DNA of 32,000 nucleotides from Xylella taiwanensis (GCF_013177435.1 NZ_CP053627.1:2460001-2492000); one strand, 5' to 3'. Shown: positions 1 through 11,761, counted from the stretch's first letter. Program-made: numbers and translations. The notes: a model not told the origin generated them from the sequence alone.

Positions 1-2301
1 ACATTCGTTGACCTTAACTACGATACGGCCAGCATCGACCTGATCAATTACACCACCCCGGCGGGCATTCACAGTCACGCCCGAATCACGAGCAACGGTA
101 CGCTCAATACCAGTACCAACCAAAGGTTTTTGCGCACGCAAGGTGGGCACAGCTTGGCGCTGCATGTTCGCCCCCATCAATGCGCGATTTGCATCATCAT
201 GTTCCAGAAAAGGAACCAAAGCAGCAGCGACTGACACTGTTTGCATCGGCGAAACATCCATGTAATGCACATCCGATGGTGGCTTCAACAGGGACTCCCC
301 CTGGAAACGACATGGCACAAACGACTCAGTCAATTGCCCATTAACATCAGTCAAGGTGTTAGCCTGGGCAATAACATACTGATTCTCCTCAATAGCCGAC
401 AAATACTCAACCTCATCGGTGACACAACCGTCAGCAACCTTACGATACGGTGTTTCAAGGAAACCATATTGATTGGTGCGAGCAAACACTGCCAGTGAAT
501 TTATTAGACCAATATTCGGTCCTTCCGGAGTCTCAATCGTACACAAGCAGCCGTAGTGACTTAAATGCACATCACGCACTTCGAAACCGGCACGCTCACG
601 CGTTAAACCACCTGGACCCAACGCCGAAAGACGACGCTTGTGAGTCACTTCCGACAAAGGATTATTCTGATCCATGAACTGCGACAGTTGTGATGAACCG
701 AAGAACTCCTTAATTGCGGCAGCAACTGGTTTGGCATTGATCAACTCCTGCGGAGTGAGCCCCTCGGATTCAGCCATTGACAATCGCTCCTTGACAGCAC
801 GCTCAACACGTACAAGCCCTACACGGAAGACATTTTCCGCCATCTCACCGACCGAACGCACTCGACGATTACCCAGATGATCAATATCATCCACAACACC
901 GCGTCCGTTACGGATCTCGCACAATTCCCTAATGACATCAAGTATATCGGAAGTCTCGCCCAGCTTGGAAACCAAGCGCCTGGACTCTTCATCGTTGCGA
1001 TCAGCAAAATACTTTTTATCATAAAGTACAGGCTCGCCGGCAACATCTGTACGACCAACACGACGATTGAACTTCATGCGCCCAACCATGGACAAGTCGT
1101 AACGCTCAAAAGTGAAAAACAAGTTGTGAAACAAATTTTGGGCAGCTTCCTTAGTTGGCGGCTCTCCTGGACGCATCATGCGGTAGATTTCGACCTGAGC
1201 CTCAAGCTGAGTTTTAGTTGGATCGATACGCAAAGTATTAGACAGATACGACCCACGATCCAAATCGTTCACCCAAAGCGTTCCCACCGACTCGACACTC
1301 GCCTTGCGAAAAGCAACCATGCGATCCTCAGTCACCTCACTGTTGGCACTGGCAAGCAGTTCACCAGTCGTCGCATCAATCACGTCATGCGATAAAAGAC
1401 GGCCGATCAGATACTCATCCGGCACAGCCAATGCGGAGATACGCGAAGCCTCCAACTGTTTCACATGACGCGCAGTGATACGCTTACCCGCTTCAACAAT
1501 CACGCTGTCGCCGTCAGTTAAATTGAAACTTAATATTTCACCACGCAGCCGCTCAGGCACCAACTCAAGCTGCACACCTTTATCAGGGTTAATGTGAAAC
1601 GTGTTAATTTCGAAAAACTCGCTCAGTATCTCCTCGTTGGAATAACCAAGCGCACGCAACAAGATGGATGCCGGCAATTTGCGGCGTCGGTCGATACGGG
1701 TAAATAGCGCGTCTTTCGGGTCAAACTCGAAATCCAACCATGAGCCTCGACAGGGAATGATGCGAGCGCTGTAAAGCAATTTCCCCGAGCTATGAGTCTT
1801 ACCGCGATCGTGGTCAAAGAAGACACCTGGGGAGCGATGCAACTGCGAAACAATAACACGCTCGGTACCATTCACAATGAACGTACCGTTCTCAGTCATC
1901 AAGGGAATTTCCCCTAGATAGACTTCCTGCTCCTTAATGTACTTGATTGCCTTAGTCGAAGACTCGCGATCATAAATCACCAAACGGACGGTCACACGTA
2001 ACGGCGCACCGTAACTCATACCACGCTGCCGGCACTCACGCTCATCGAACATCGGCTCGCCAAGCTTGTAACCGACGTATTCTAAGGCAGCATTGCCACT
2101 GTAACTAACAATAGGAAACACTGATTTCAGCGCCGCATGTAGACCAATGTCTTTACGTTGGCTCGACTCCACGTCTCCTTGTAGAAACGCACAATAGGAG
2201 TCCACTTGGATAGCTAACAAAAACGGCACTTTGAGGATCGAACGATGCTTGCCGAAATCCTTGCGGATACGCTTCTTTTCGGTGAACGAATAGGAGGTCA
2301 T
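1..2301 (-). CDS. rpoB: DNA-directed RNA polymerase subunit beta, N-terminal ~767 codons (3' end beyond window start)
   Basis: The minus frame is open from ATG (complement of 2299-2301) to position 1. It is absent from the ORF track because there is no stop in the window. It starts [20 protein letters not shown]. Codons at 60..1 read [20 protein letters not shown], a classic RpoB segment. It lies downstream of rplL as in rplKAJL-rpoBC. Confidence 0.97.
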   Translation of the reverse strand, partial: MTSYSFTEKKRIRKDFGKHRSILKVPFLLAIQVDSYCAFLQGDVESSQRKDIGLHAALKSVFPIVSYSGNAALEYVGYKLGEPMFDERECRQRGMSYGAPLRVTVRLVIYDRESSTKAIKYIKEQEVYLGEIPLMTENGTFIVNGTERVIVSQLHRSPGVFFDHDRGKTHSSGKLLYSARIIPCRGSWLDFEFDPKDALFTRIDRRRKLPASILLRALGYSNEEILSEFFEINTFHINPDKGVQLELVPERLRGEILSFNLTDGDSVIVEAGKRITARHVKQLEASRISALAVPDEYLIGRLLSHDVIDATTGELLASANSEVTEDRMVAFRKASVESVGTLWVNDLDRGSYLSNTLRIDPTKTQLEAQVEIYRMMRPGEPPTKEAAQNLFHNLFFTFERYDLSMVGRMKFNRRVGRTDVAGEPVLYDKKYFADRNDEESRRLVSKLGETSDILDVIRELCEIRNGRGVVDDIDHLGNRRVRSVGEMAENVFRVGLVRVERAVKERLSMAESEGLTPQELINAKPVAAAIKEFFGSSQLSQFMDQNNPLSEVTHKRRLSALGPGGLTRERAGFEVRDVHLSHYGCLCTIETPEGPNIGLINSLAVFARTNQYGFLETPYRKVADGCVTDEVEYLSAIEENQYVIAQANTLTDVNGQLTESFVPCRFQGESLLKPPSDVHYMDVSPMQTVSVAAALVPFLEHDDANRALMGANMQRQAVPTLRAQKPLVGTGIERTVARDSGVTVNARRGGVIDQVDAGRIVVKVNEC

Positions 2302-2482
2302 AAGATCTTTCACCTTTATGGTGTACAGGCCGCGCGTCCGCGGCTCGAAGTAACGAGTTGCCAGTTGGAAGCAGTGGTATTAGACATCAGCATGCCTTCT
2401 CCCGTCACTTTCAACTACCAAGTAACTAAAATTTGATTTGAATTTTCGAACATTCAGATAACAGCCTCTCCTCTTCAAGGGA

Positions 2483-2516
2483 TAAAAGGCCGGGAGTTGA
2501 TATCCACCCCAGCCTT
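2483..2516 (-). terminator. rplL-rpoB intergenic hairpin plus U-tract (partial terminator/attenuator candidate)
   Basis: The minus-strand RNA reads AAGGCUGGG-13 nt loop-CCCGGCCUU followed by UUAUCCCUU. The stem is 9 bp with one G-U pair. It sits 40 nt after the rplL stop, where E. coli has the rplL-rpoB attenuator. Confidence 0.5.
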
Positions 2517-2556
2517 CAATGCATCGTTATAAGATGTCGACAATGCAAGATACCGT

Positions 2557-2925
2557 TTACTTGACCTCGACGGTCGCGCCCGCAGCTTCAAGTTCCTTCT
2601 TAATTTTCTCAGCATCTTCCTTTGAGACAGCTTCTTTCAAAATACCACCAGCTTCAGTAAGATCTTTGGCTTCTTTAAGTCCCAATCCAGTGACAGCACG
2701 GACAGCTTTGATAACTTCAACCTTCTTAGCACCAGCTTCTTTCAGGATGACGGTGAACTCAGTTTGCTCTTCCACCGGAGCAGCAGCTGCAACCGAACCA
2801 GCAACCACAACTGGAGCAGCAGCAGAAACACCAAACTTGTCTTCGATAGCCTTGACAAGATCCATCACTTCCATAAGGGATTTTTCAGCAATAGCTTCGA
2901 CAATTTTCTCGTTGGTAAGAGACAT
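2557..2925 (-). CDS. rplL: 50S ribosomal protein L7/L12
   Basis: 122 aa. [38 protein letters not shown]...[10 protein letters not shown]...ATVEVK has the typical L7/L12 hinge and C-terminal domain. Confidence 0.98.
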   Translation of the reverse strand: MSLTNEKIVEAIAEKSLMEVMDLVKAIEDKFGVSAAAPVVVAGSVAAAAPVEEQTEFTVILKEAGAKKVEVIKAVRAVTGLGLKEAKDLTEAGGILKEAVSKEDAEKIKKELEAAGATVEVK

Positions 2926-2979
2926 GATGATTACCTTTCGATAGTTTCTGAGATAGAGTTTTAGCGAGTCATTAGCGCA

Positions 2980-3507
2980 TCACGCTTCACTAGTTTCAGA
3001 CGCGGACAAAGCAGCGCCTCCCTGTTTGTCATCAGCCACAGCTTTGACAGCACGCGCGAACAATGTGATCGGCTCAGATAAAACACGAGCTAGCATGGCC
3101 AGAGCCTGTAATCGGGTTGGCAACGACGCGAGAACATCGACATGGCTAGCCGGATACAGCACACCACCAAGAGATACCACTTTCGACTTGAGCTTGTCGT
3201 TTTTTTTAGCAAACTCCCTAATTAGACGACCAGCAGCACCCGCTTCTTCAAGGGAAAACGCATAAAGCAGAGGACCAATTAACTTCTCTTTGACAATAGC
3301 GTACTCAGTACCTTCCAGGGCACGTGCAGCCAATGTATTTTTAACAACTTTGAGATATACACCGCTCTCTCGAGCCTGCTTGCGCATCGCGGTCATCTGA
3401 GGAACAGTGATGCCAGCATATTCAGTGACAATCAAGGAATGAGCCTTAGCGGCAACTCCTGCCAACTCGGCAACAACTTCCTGTTTCTGCGACAGATTAA
3501 GAGCCAT
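2980..3507 (-). CDS. rplJ: 50S ribosomal protein L10
   Basis: The ORF runs to 3516 (MGPMALNL...). The second ATG at 3507 gives [15 protein letters not shown], which matches the canonical L10 N-terminus (175 aa). Confidence 0.95.
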   Translation of the reverse strand: MALNLSQKQEVVAELAGVAAKAHSLIVTEYAGITVPQMTAMRKQARESGVYLKVVKNTLAARALEGTEYAIVKEKLIGPLLYAFSLEEAGAAGRLIREFAKKNDKLKSKVVSLGGVLYPASHVDVLASLPTRLQALAMLARVLSEPITLFARAVKAVADDKQGGAALSASETSEA

Positions 3508-4008
3508 TGGACCCATCCATTAAATATGGGAACCGAAAAATGGCTAACAAACTATAGATAAGAACTCGCCTGTACATTTCGAAAGCACCCCACTCTCACC
3601 GCTCTGCTTCAAATATTCCGTTCACGGCTCCTGCCGATTACGGTCCTGGGCAGCTTCCTTCCTGGAAGCCGAAACAATAGTCACGTTCGAGATTTAGTGG
3701 CTGTTCTAGACCTGGAATAGGACAACCTGGGAACGCCCCAGAGCTTCGTGAACCAGAAAATTCCAGAAGAGCGACACCATCTACGCAGGCTCTTCATGCA
3801 AGGAAAAAATTAAGCACTCCACAGACTTAAGCGTTGCCAAAGCCGTAGAGTGCACCTGCGATCTTTGATAGCTATCGTGAATAAACACCCACGACCGCCT
3901 TCAAAAAGCCCTACCCGTTATAAGGGTGGACCAATGGCCGGAAGAAACCGACTATAAACATCACACCCGGGAGACACTCCAAACACGTTACGTCGATCAC
4001 ATTCAACA
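3508..4008 (-). promoter_or_regulatory. long untranslated rplJ leader (expected rplJL promoter and L10-L12 autoregulatory leader)
   Basis: About 500 nt between the rplA stop and the rplJ start has no credible ORF on either strand. The position and length match the L10 leader known in gamma-proteobacteria. I did not verify the RNA structure. Confidence 0.5.
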
Positions 4009-4707
4009 TTACTTAAGAGATAACGTTGACTGGTCAATCATCACACCCGGCCCCATTGTCGAACTCAATAATACTTTCTGCAAATAGGTTCCTTTAGAAG
4101 CAGTCGGCTTGATTTTGATTAAGTCAACCAACAACGCCTGCAAGTTTGACTTCAATGCTTCATCGTCGAAATTCACCTTACCGATGACGCAATGAATAAT
4201 ACCAGCCTTGTCAGCGCGATAACGAATTTGGCCCGATTTGGCATTCTTAACCGCTTCACCAGGATTTGTAGATACTGTACCCACCTTCGGATTAGGCATC
4301 AGACCACGAGGACCAAGCAAAGTACCCAATTTACCAACAACACGCATCGCATCAGGAGTAGCAATCACAACATCGTAGTTTAGATCACCTGCTTGCATTT
4401 TCTCAGCCAAATCATCCATACCCACAACATCGGCACCAGCAGCTAAGGCATCCTCCGCCTTAGCACCAGATGGAACAAACACCGCTACACGTACTGCCCT
4501 ACCAGTTCCAGCGGGTAACAACGTTGAGCCTCGGACCTGTTGATCCGATTTTTTCACATCTACACCCAATCGCACGGCAACATCCACTGATTCAACAAAC
4601 TTCGCCTTGGTGGTAGTTTTTAAAATTCTAATCGCTTCTTCAATGGCATAAACCTTGCCTGGTACAACAGCGACCTTAATAGCCTTCTGACGCTTTGTCT
4701 GTATCAT
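4009..4707 (-). CDS. rplA: 50S ribosomal protein L1
   Basis: 232 aa. It contains ...[25 protein letters not shown]...[15 protein letters not shown]..., which are canonical L1 motifs. Confidence 0.98.
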   Translation of the reverse strand: MIQTKRQKAIKVAVVPGKVYAIEEAIRILKTTTKAKFVESVDVAVRLGVDVKKSDQQVRGSTLLPAGTGRAVRVAVFVPSGAKAEDALAAGADVVGMDDLAEKMQAGDLNYDVVIATPDAMRVVGKLGTLLGPRGLMPNPKVGTVSTNPGEAVKNAKSGQIRYRADKAGIIHCVIGKVNFDDEALKSNLQALLVDLIKIKPTASKGTYLQKVLLSSTMGPGVMIDQSTLSLK

Positions 4708-4710
4708 AAA

Positions 4711-5139
4711 TTAACCCTCCACCACTAACCCCATACTACGAGCCGAACCTGCGATCGTACGCACCGCCGCATCCAAATCAGCCGCAGTCATATCAAGTTC
4801 CTTCGCCTTAGCAATATCTTCAAGCTGCTTACGGGTAACTTTGCCTACCTTCTCTGTGTTAGGGCGTTTGGAGCCAGATTGTATGCCGACAATCTTCTTA
4901 AGCAAAACCGACGCTGGAGGTGTTTTGGTAATAAAGGTAAAAGTACGATCCGAATAAGCAGTAATTACCACCGGAATCGGCAAACCCTGTTCAAGCTTCT
5001 GAGTTACTGCATTAAATGACTTACAAAAATCCATAATATTCAAACCCCGCTGCCCTAAAGCGGGACCAACAGGCGGCGAAGGAGACGCCTGACCAGCCTT
5101 CACCTGAAGTTTGATGTAAGCAATGACCTTCTTTGCCAT
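4711..5139 (-). CDS. rplK: 50S ribosomal protein L11
   Basis: 142 aa. [43 protein letters not shown] is the canonical L11 N-terminus. Confidence 0.98.
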   Translation of the reverse strand: MAKKVIAYIKLQVKAGQASPSPPVGPALGQRGLNIMDFCKSFNAVTQKLEQGLPIPVVITAYSDRTFTFITKTPPASVLLKKIVGIQSGSKRPNTEKVGKVTRKQLEDIAKAKELDMTAADLDAAVRTIAGSARSMGLVVEG

Positions 5140-5338
5140 CTGAAATTCTCCGGGTAATAGCGCCTTAAAAACAGGCTCCCCATCACGTCGAGAAAAACAC
5201 GCGTCCCGAGATCACGTCTTTAATCGTCTAAATAAAGACTCTTTATGTGCCAACAAACCCACAACTTAACAAAGCTTAAGCTGCCAAGTATAGCAAACCT
5301 TTTATATCTTTTACTGAATACAATGAAAGAGACGAAAC
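5140..5338 (-). promoter_or_regulatory. nusG-rplK intergenic region (expected rplKA promoter and L1-binding leader)
   Basis: A 199-nt non-coding gap lies upstream of rplK, placed as the L11 operon leader is in other proteobacteria. It contains a 7-bp inverted repeat GTCTTTA-10 nt-TAAAGAC. Its function is inferred from synteny only. Confidence 0.35.
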
Positions 5339-5896
5339 TCAGCTTTTTTGGACCTGACCAAATTCAAGGTCAACAGGCGTAGGACGACCAAAAATCAGTA
5401 CAGCCACACGCAGACGATTTTTTTCGTAATTAACTTCCTCCACAAGTCCATCGAAATCATTAAAGGGACCATCTATGACTCGAACCATTTGTCCCGGCTC
5501 AAACAACACTTTGGGACGTGGTTTCTCAGCACCATCCTGAACACGCCGCAAAATAGCATCAGCTTCATCGCTACTGATCGGCAACGGGCGATCAGCAGTA
5601 CCACCGATGAAACCCATCACCTTTGGGGTCTCCTTAACCAAGTGCCAGCATTCACTATCGATACGTGGCACACCGCCCTCATAGTAAGTTTCGATCTGGA
5701 TCAACACATAACCCGGGAAAAATTTGTGCTCGGAACGGCGTTTCTGACCAGAACGCATTTCCACGACTTCTTCGGCAGGAACCAACACCTCACCAAAACG
5801 ATCCTGTATCTCAATACGTGAAATACGGTCACGCAGCGCTTGCGCAACTGTCTTCTCAAAACCCGAATAGGCATGAACAACATACCAGCGCTTCAC
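5339..5896 (-). CDS. nusG: transcription termination/antitermination factor NusG
   Basis: 185 aa. It starts [17 protein letters not shown], contains ...FPGYVLI... and ends in a KOW-like C-terminus ...[37 protein letters not shown]. Confidence 0.97.
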   Translation of the reverse strand: MKRWYVVHAYSGFEKTVAQALRDRISRIEIQDRFGEVLVPAEEVVEMRSGQKRRSEHKFFPGYVLIQIETYYEGGVPRIDSECWHLVKETPKVMGFIGGTADRPLPISSDEADAILRRVQDGAEKPRPKVLFEPGQMVRVIDGPFNDFDGLVEEVNYEKNRLRVAVLIFGRPTPVDLEFGQVQKS

Positions 5897-5909
5897 AGCT
5901 TAATCCTCC

Positions 5910-6317
5910 TCAAAGCGACAGGAACCACTGCGTGAGCTTCTGTATCACGAAATCAAAGCCACCCAACAAAAGACTCAGTATAGTAATTACCACGATTACA
6001 ACCCAAGTGATACGAATAGCCTCATGACGTGTTGGCCAGACCACCTTACGCAGCTCAAAACGCGACTCAACTAAGAATTCACGAAGTTCACGCCCCTTTG
6101 CTGTGGTCATAAGCACAGATGCAGCAGCGGCGAAAACGAGCATAACAGCCAAACCACGCAACTGTGTAGCCCAAGAACCTAACATAAGGAAATGCACAGC
6201 TTCCTCGAACAGAAACCAGACAAACCCCCCTAACACCAACAGCAAGCTAGCAATGAAGTACTTAAAAATATCGCCGCTCAGAGCGGTGATTTTAGTAGGT
6301 TCAATTTTTGTTTTCAT
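5910..6317 (-). CDS. secE: preprotein translocase subunit SecE
   Basis: 135 aa and three hydrophobic segments. The conserved ...FLVESRFELRKVVWPTRHEA... motif is present. It lies immediately upstream of nusG. Confidence 0.93.
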   Translation of the reverse strand: MKTKIEPTKITALSGDIFKYFIASLLLVLGGFVWFLFEEAVHFLMLGSWATQLRGLAVMLVFAAAASVLMTTAKGRELREFLVESRFELRKVVWPTRHEAIRITWVVIVVITILSLLLGGFDFVIQKLTQWFLSL

Positions 6318-6366
6318 CAGGATTCAGCTTACCGATTTGAGCCAAGCCATAAAGCCGGGGCAAAAG

Positions 6367-6442
<76 letters not shown>

Positions 6443-6469
6443 TTGAGACTCACTCGCACTACGATTTTT

Positions 6470-6510
6470 GAAATAACAACGGCGAACCGAGGTTCAACCG
6501 GCCCGCCGTT
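6470..6510 (-). terminator. hairpin plus U-rich tail downstream of tuf
   Basis: The minus RNA reads AACGGCGGGCCG-GUUGAACCU-CGGUUCGCCGUU, a 12-bp stem with two G-U pairs. It is followed by GUUAUUUCAAAAA, about 45 nt after the tuf stop. Confidence 0.45.
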
Positions 6511-6554
6511 TGCACGAATCCAACGACCTCGACCGCCGGATTACAAAGCACTGG

Positions 6555-7745
6555 TTAACTAATAACCTTCGAAACTACTCCAGCTCCCACTGTGCGTCCA
6601 CCCTCACGGATCGCAAAGCGCTGCCCCTCACCCATTGCCACGGGATTAATCAGCGACACCGTTATCTTCACATTATCTCCAGGCATCACCATCTCCACTC
6701 CCTCAGGTAAACACACCTTACCGGTGATGTCTGTTGTACGCATGTAAAACTGCGGCGTGTATCCATTGAAAAACGGAGTGTGGCGACCGCCTTCCTCTTT
6801 CGACAGCACATACACCTCAGCCTCAAATTCCTTATGCGCCTTGATCGAACCCGGCTTCGCCAATACCTGACCACGTTCCACCTCATCGCGCTTAGTACCG
6901 CGCAACAAAAGACCCGCATTGTCCCCAGCCTGACCTTGATCCAACAACTTACGGAACATCTCCACACCCGTCACAGTCGTCTTGGACGTCGGACGAATAC
7001 CAACAATTTCTACTTCATCACCTACCTTAATCACACCGCATTCAACACGACCAGTCGCCACCGTGCCACGACCAGAAATCGAAAACACATCTTCCACAGG
7101 CATTAAAAACGGACGATCAATCGCACGCTCCGGCTCTGGAATGTAGCTGTCCAATGCCTCCACCAGTCGAATAATCGCCGGCACACCAATCTCCGACTGA
7201 TCCCCTTCCAGGGCCTTCAATGCCGAACCCTTCACGATCGGGGTGTCGTCACCAGGAAAATCGTATTTACTCAACAACTCACGCACCTCCATCTCCACCA
7301 GCTCAAGCAACTCGGCATCGTCCACCATGTCAGCCTTGTTCAAGAACACAACAATGTAAGGTACGCCAACCTGGCGAGCCAGCAAAATATGCTCGCGAGT
7401 CTGCGGCATCGGACCATCAGCAGCCGAACATACTAAAATCGCGCCATCCATCTGCGCAGCACCCGTAATCATGTTCTTCACATAATCAGCATGACCCGGA
7501 CAGTCCACATGGGCATAGTGGCGGGTTTCACTTTCATACTCAACGTGAGCCGTAGAAATCGTAATCCCACGCGCCTTCTCTTCAGGTGCAGCATCAATCG
7601 CATCGTATGCCTTGAACTCGCCACCAAAACGCTCAGCACCCACCTTAGTCAGCGCCGCTGTCAGCGTAGTCTTGCCGTGGTCAACGTGACCAATCGTACC
7701 AACATTTACGTGAAACTTGGTGCGTTTGAACTTATCCTGAGCCAT
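6555..7745 (-). CDS. tuf: elongation factor Tu
   Basis: 396 aa. It contains [32 protein letters not shown]...[25 protein letters not shown]...NKADMV.. and carries all the GTPase G-motifs. Confidence 0.99.
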   Translation of the reverse strand: MAQDKFKRTKFHVNVGTIGHVDHGKTTLTAALTKVGAERFGGEFKAYDAIDAAPEEKARGITISTAHVEYESETRHYAHVDCPGHADYVKNMITGAAQMDGAILVCSAADGPMPQTREHILLARQVGVPYIVVFLNKADMVDDAELLELVEMEVRELLSKYDFPGDDTPIVKGSALKALEGDQSEIGVPAIIRLVEALDSYIPEPERAIDRPFLMPVEDVFSISGRGTVATGRVECGVIKVGDEVEIVGIRPTSKTTVTGVEMFRKLLDQGQAGDNAGLLLRGTKRDEVERGQVLAKPGSIKAHKEFEAEVYVLSKEEGGRHTPFFNGYTPQFYMRTTDITGKVCLPEGVEMVMPGDNVKITVSLINPVAMGEGQRFAIREGGRTVGAGVVSKVIS

Positions 7746-7785
7746 TACTATCTGTTCTCGGTATTCGTTAAATCTTTAATGCAGA

Positions 7786-7861
7786 TGGTGCTCACGAATG
7801 GAATCGAACCATCGACCTCCTCCTTACCAAGGAGGTGCTCTACCGACTGAGCTACGTGAGC
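7786..7861 (-). tRNA. tRNA-Thr (anticodon GGT)
   Basis: The reverse complement is GCTCACGTAGCTCAGTCGGTAGAGCACCTCCTTGGTAAGGAGGAGGTCGATGGTTCGATTCCATTCGTGAGCACCA. The acceptor stem GCTCACG/CGTGAGC is perfect. The anticodon stem is CCTCC/GGAGG with loop TTGGTAA. Confidence 0.93.
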
Positions 7862-7895
7862 ACAGCTTTCGGATTATGCCACGCTTTAAATTCAA

Positions 7896-7969
7896 TGGAG
7901 CGGGAGACGGGAATCGAACCCGCACCATCAGCTTGGAAGGCTGAGGTTCTACCTTTGAACTACTCCCGC
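7896..7969 (-). tRNA. tRNA-Gly (anticodon TCC)
   Basis: The reverse complement is GCGGGAGTAGTTCAAAGGTAGAACCTCAGCCTTCCAAGCTGATGGTGCGGGTTCGATTCCCGTCTCCCGCTCCA. The acceptor stem is GCGGGAG/CTCCCGC. The anticodon loop is CTTCCAA. Confidence 0.93.
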
Positions 7970-8003
7970 ACCTAGTTAGCCGGACACATGACGCAACGAA
8001 AAC

Positions 8004-8090
8004 TGGTGGAGGGAGGTGGATTCGAACCACCGAAGGCGTTAAGCCAGCAGATTTACAGTCTGCCCCCGTTGGCCGCTTGGGTATCCCTCC
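8004..8090 (-). tRNA. tRNA-Tyr (anticodon GTA), long variable arm
   Basis: The reverse complement is GGAGGGATACCCAAGCGGCCAACGGGGGCAGACTGTAAATCTGCTGGCTTAACGCCTTCGGTGGTTCGAATCCACCTCCCTCCACCA (87 nt). The anticodon stem is GCAGA/TCTGC with loop CTGTAAA. The order Tyr-Gly-Thr-tuf mirrors tyrU-glyT-thrT-tufB. Confidence 0.93.
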
Positions 8091-8129
8091 TGATTTTCAC
8101 CACCAATAAGCAACCAGGAAATTTGGTGC

Positions 8130-8188
8130 ATTATAGAGCAATGCGGCGAAAAGCTGTTAATTATGACACAAAATAAAATCCCTGTCAA
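8130..8188 (-). promoter_or_regulatory. candidate tandem sigma70 promoters for the tRNA-Tyr/Gly/Thr-tuf transcription unit
   Basis: The minus strand reads TTGACA (8188-8183), a 17-nt spacer, then CATAAT (8165-8160). A second perfect TATAAT lies at 8135-8130, with only a weak -35. These sit 32-70 nt upstream of the tRNA-Tyr 5' end. Confidence 0.5.
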
Positions 8189-8283
8189 CAAAACCCAACT
8201 TACACAACCAATTCAAAACTCTGCTTAACAACAACATCGTCATCAAAAAATATATGACAAAAATTATTTGAGCAGCCGTAGAA

Positions 8284-9375
8284 TCATACGTTGAAGCGAA
8301 AATGAAAAATGTCTCCTTCTTGCACCTGATACTCCTTGCCTTCCAAACGCATACGCCCAGCATCACGTGCACCGGCTTCACCGTTATATTTGATGAAGTC
8401 CTCGAAAGCAATGGTTTCGGCACGGATAAACCCTTTTTCAAAATCCGTATGGATCACCGCAGCAGCCTGCGGCGCGGTAGCGCCAGCCTTCACGGTCCAA
8501 GCACGCACTTCCTTCACTCCCGCAGTAAAGTAAGTCTGCAGACCGAGCAACGCATAAGCAGCACGGACTATTCGATTTAGTCCCGGCTCCTCCAGACCAA
8601 GGTCAACCAAGAATGCCTCGCGATCTGCATCCTCCAGCTGAGCGAGTTCCTCTTCGATCACCACAGAAACTGGTACAACCTGAGCATCCTCGGACGCAGC
8701 ACGCACACTTACAGTCTCAAGGTGCGTATTATCCTGAAACCCGTTTTCAAGCACATTGGCGATGTACATCACCGGTTTGAGCGTCAGTAGGAATAAATCG
8801 TGGACTAAAGCGCGTTCCTCCTGATTTAATCCAAGAGAGCGGGCAGATTTGCCGTTGTTGAACACAACCTGCAACCTCTCAAGCACCGATTTGCGCGCAA
8901 TCGCTTCTTTATCGCCTCCCTTGACAGCACGCGTCATGCGGTTGAACGCCTTCTCGACAGTGTCCAAATCGGCCAGTATCAATTCCGTTTCGATGATCTC
9001 GATGTCAGCCAGAGGATCAACCTTACCGGCAACGTGGATAATCTCGCCATGCTCGAAGCAACGCACGACGTGAGCAATCGCATCAACCTCGCGAATATGC
9101 GCCAAAAACTTGTTGCCCAGCCCTTCACCACTGGCCGCGCCGGCAACCAGACCTGCAATATCAACGAATTCGATCACTGTCGGCACTAACTTCTGAGGCT
9201 TGACGATCTCGGCCAATTGATTGAGACGTGGATCCGGAACAGGCACGACACCCACATTGGGTTCAATTGTACAGAATGGGAAGTTAGCCGCAGCGATACC
9301 GGCTTTAGTCAATGCATTGAACAAAGTCGATTTACCAACGTTGGGCAACCCAACAATACCGCATTTAATACCCAT
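8284..9375 (-). CDS. ychF: redox-regulated ribosome-binding ATPase YchF
   Basis: The ORF extends to 9429 via a TTG. The ATG at 9375 gives [23 protein letters not shown] (363 aa), which is the canonical YchF N-terminus and length. The C-terminus is ...[19 protein letters not shown]. Confidence 0.96.
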   Translation of the reverse strand: MGIKCGIVGLPNVGKSTLFNALTKAGIAAANFPFCTIEPNVGVVPVPDPRLNQLAEIVKPQKLVPTVIEFVDIAGLVAGAASGEGLGNKFLAHIREVDAIAHVVRCFEHGEIIHVAGKVDPLADIEIIETELILADLDTVEKAFNRMTRAVKGGDKEAIARKSVLERLQVVFNNGKSARSLGLNQEERALVHDLFLLTLKPVMYIANVLENGFQDNTHLETVSVRAASEDAQVVPVSVVIEEELAQLEDADREAFLVDLGLEEPGLNRIVRAAYALLGLQTYFTAGVKEVRAWTVKAGATAPQAAAVIHTDFEKGFIRAETIAFEDFIKYNGEAGARDAGRMRLEGKEYQVQEGDIFHFRFNV

Positions 9376-9394
9376 ATAGATTTCCGATGGTGAG

Positions 9395-9431
9395 GATTGG
9401 GGATTGGTCACGTTGTGACCAATCCCCAATC
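9395..9431. repeat. perfect 17-bp inverted repeat with 3-nt loop at the pth/ychF junction
   Basis: GATTGGGGATTGGTCAC (9395-9411), GTT, then GTGACCAATCCCCAATC (9415-9431). The right arm overlaps the pth stop codon. The repeat ends 20 nt upstream of the ychF ATG. Confidence 0.9.
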
Positions 9432-10008
9432 ACACCACCGTGTGTAGCTTTTTCACAGCCTCATCAAAGTCAGCAGAAACCGCCAAAGGCAATACAGCAC
9501 CGGCTCGTTCTAAAGCAGCATCGATAGCAATATCGTCATCACACGTTGGACAACCGAGCACCCAACTTACCACACGATCTTTATGACCAGGATGGCCAAT
9601 ACCTACACGAAGACGATGAAAGCGTCCGTGACCAAGCAGCTTGGTGATATCACGCAACCCATTCTGACCACCATGACCACCATCAAACTTCAAGCGCACG
9701 GTCCCCGGTGGAAAATCCAAATCATCGTGAGCAACCAACATCTGCTCCGGTTTAATCTTCCAAAAGTTTAAACCGGCACAGATCGACTTGCCGCTCAAAT
9801 TCATAAAAGTGACTGGGCGTAGTAACCATACCCATTGCCCAGCGATCAACACACGGGCGACGTGACCAAACAACTTTGACTCCAGCGTCCAGCGCTGACC
9901 CTCACGCTGAACCAAACCATCGACAAAACGAAACCCGGCATTGTGCCGGGTTTTAGTGTACTCGTTACCCGGATTGCCAAGCCCAACGATCAAACGCAAC
10001 CCTAACAT
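9430..10008 (-). CDS. pth: peptidyl-tRNA hydrolase
   Basis: 192 aa. It contains MLGLRLIVGLGNPGNEYTKTRHNAGF...MNLSGKS...VAHDDLDFPPG...GGHGGQNGLRD, the canonical Pth motifs. Confidence 0.97.
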   Translation of the reverse strand: MLGLRLIVGLGNPGNEYTKTRHNAGFRFVDGLVQREGQRWTLESKLFGHVARVLIAGQWVWLLRPVTFMNLSGKSICAGLNFWKIKPEQMLVAHDDLDFPPGTVRLKFDGGHGGQNGLRDITKLLGHGRFHRLRVGIGHPGHKDRVVSWVLGCPTCDDDIAIDAALERAGAVLPLAVSADFDEAVKKLHTVV

Positions 10009-10063
10009 GTGAAAGTTCTCATTGCATTCCTCTCACCATTTAGACGCAGAGAATGCAGGGTAA

Positions 10064-10687
10064 TTACTTAGGCTCGCCCTCGCCTTCCGCCGCTGCCGAC
10101 GTGTCATCCTCGCTCACCACATGCTTAGCGATAACTACTGCCACGTCGTGCTCCTTATCCAGCCGAGTCAGCAACTCAACACCAATCGGCAACTTAATGT
10201 CGGACAGGTGGATCACCTGACCGACACTCAACGTGGACAGATCAACCTCAATGAACTCTGGCAAATCTTTCGGCAAACACAATATCTGCACTTCATTCAA
10301 TTCGTGGGTAATCACCACACCGCTCGCCTTGCCCGCAGGTGAAGTAGCTTGGTTGATGAAATGCAACGGCACCGCAACACTCAGCTTGGCATCCGCACTA
10401 ACGCGTTGAAAATCAACGTGCATGACCAACTGACGATAAGGATGACGCTGTAAATCACGCAACAGTACCTTCTCCACGCTGCCATCAACATTCAGATCGA
10501 GAATTGATGAATAGAACCATTCGTTCTGTTGAGCAAGCCAGATATGTTCATGGTTAAGCTGGATACTGACTGGACGCTCCTCGCCACCGTAAACAATGGC
10601 TGGAATCAGGCCAGCATGACGCAGGCGGCGGCTCGCACCCTTCCCCTCGTCTTCGCGGCGCTGAGCTTTAATTTGATGGTTTGCCAT
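10064..10687 (-). CDS. rplY: 50S ribosomal protein L25 / general stress protein Ctc (long form)
   Basis: 207 aa. It contains ...[16 protein letters not shown]...PVSIQLNH... and has an acidic C-terminal tail. It lies between prs and pth, as is common. Confidence 0.93.
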   Translation of the reverse strand: MANHQIKAQRREDEGKGASRRLRHAGLIPAIVYGGEERPVSIQLNHEHIWLAQQNEWFYSSILDLNVDGSVEKVLLRDLQRHPYRQLVMHVDFQRVSADAKLSVAVPLHFINQATSPAGKASGVVITHELNEVQILCLPKDLPEFIEVDLSTLSVGQVIHLSDIKLPIGVELLTRLDKEHDVAVVIAKHVVSEDDTSAAAEGEGEPK

Positions 10688-10792
10688 AATTGTTTCACTA
10701 CCTTAAAAGTTGAGAAACCGCCTCGCAGCGGCAGAACGCGACTCTCTCGCGACCAAAAGAGCCGTTTTGAAGACCACTCGATTGCCGTTCAA

Positions 10793-11761
10793 TCAATCCA
10801 CGTACAGTGAACTGACCGATTCACCAAAAGCAATACGCCGAATAGTCTCAGCCAGCAACTCAGCCACACTGAGTTGGCGAATCTTGCAGCACCCCCGAGC
10901 GGTATCAGACAACGGAATGGTATCCGTCACCACAAGCTCGTCAAGCTGAGAATTATTGATGTTATCCACAGCCGGACCGGATAGCACCGGATGCGTGATA
11001 TAAGCTACAACCTTAGTGGCACCACTTTGCTTAAGTGCTATGGCGGCCGCACACAAAGTACCTGCGGTGTCCACCAAGTCGTCGACTAACACGCAGGTCT
11101 TGCCGTTTACTTCCCCAATAATATTCATCACCGTAGCAACGTTGGCGCGTGGGCGGCGCTTATCAATGATTGCTAGATCGGCATCGTCCAAACGCTTAGC
11201 CATCGCACGGGCTCGCACCACACCACCCACGTCCGGGGAGACAACGATCAGATTGTCGGTACCGTAAGCACGCCAAATGTCAGCTAGCAGCAGCGGCGAA
11301 GCATAAACGTTGTCTACCGGCACATCGAAAAAACCCTGGATTTGATCAGCATGCAAATCAATGGTCAGCACTCGATCAGCACCAATCGCACTGATCATTT
11401 TGGCCGCAACTTTTGCGGTAATGGGCACACGCAAAGAACGCAGGCGACGATCTTGACGCGAATAACCAAAGTAAGGAATCACAGCAGTGACACTAGTAGC
11501 ACTAGCACGCTTGAGTGCATCAATGATGACCAACAGTTCCATCAAATTTTCGGCACTCGGTGCACAGGTGGGCTGCACCACAAATACTTCCTGGCGACGC
11601 ACACTTTCCTCAATTTCGACCTGCTCCTCTCCATCGGAAAAACGCGACACCAACGATTTGCCCATGCGCACCCCTAACTCCTTACAAATACTTTGAGTCA
11701 GTGGTTTGTTGGCATTACCCGAAAAGACCAGCAAATTGCGTTCGTCTTGAATGGTAGGCAT
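10793..11761 (-). CDS. prs: ribose-phosphate pyrophosphokinase
   Basis: 322 aa. It contains ...[19 protein letters not shown]...[10 protein letters not shown]...[17 protein letters not shown]...[13 protein letters not shown]..., the PRPP synthetase signatures. Confidence 0.98.
   Translation of the reverse strand: MPTIQDERNLLVFSGNANKPLTQSICKELGVRMGKSLVSRFSDGEEQVEIEESVRRQEVFVVQPTCAPSAENLMELLVIIDALKRASATSVTAVIPYFGYSRQDRRLRSLRVPITAKVAAKMISAIGADRVLTIDLHADQIQGFFDVPVDNVYASPLLLADIWRAYGTDNLIVVSPDVGGVVRARAMAKRLDDADLAIIDKRRPRANVATVMNIIGEVNGKTCVLVDDLVDTAGTLCAAAIALKQSGATKVVAYITHPVLSGPAVDNINNSQLDELVVTDTIPLSDTARGCCKIRQLSVAELLAETIRRIAFGESVSSLYVD

Noticed and set aside
6686-7468. Several 80-110 aa ORFs on both strands inside tuf
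   Set aside because: They overlap a certain EF-Tu CDS. Their composition is R/C/H/T-rich, as expected for out-of-frame and antisense reading.
9376-9429. 18-codon N-terminal extension of ychF (TTG start)
   Set aside because: The extension is encoded by the 17-bp palindrome. The canonical YchF N-terminus [17 protein letters not shown] begins at the internal ATG, giving the standard 363 aa.
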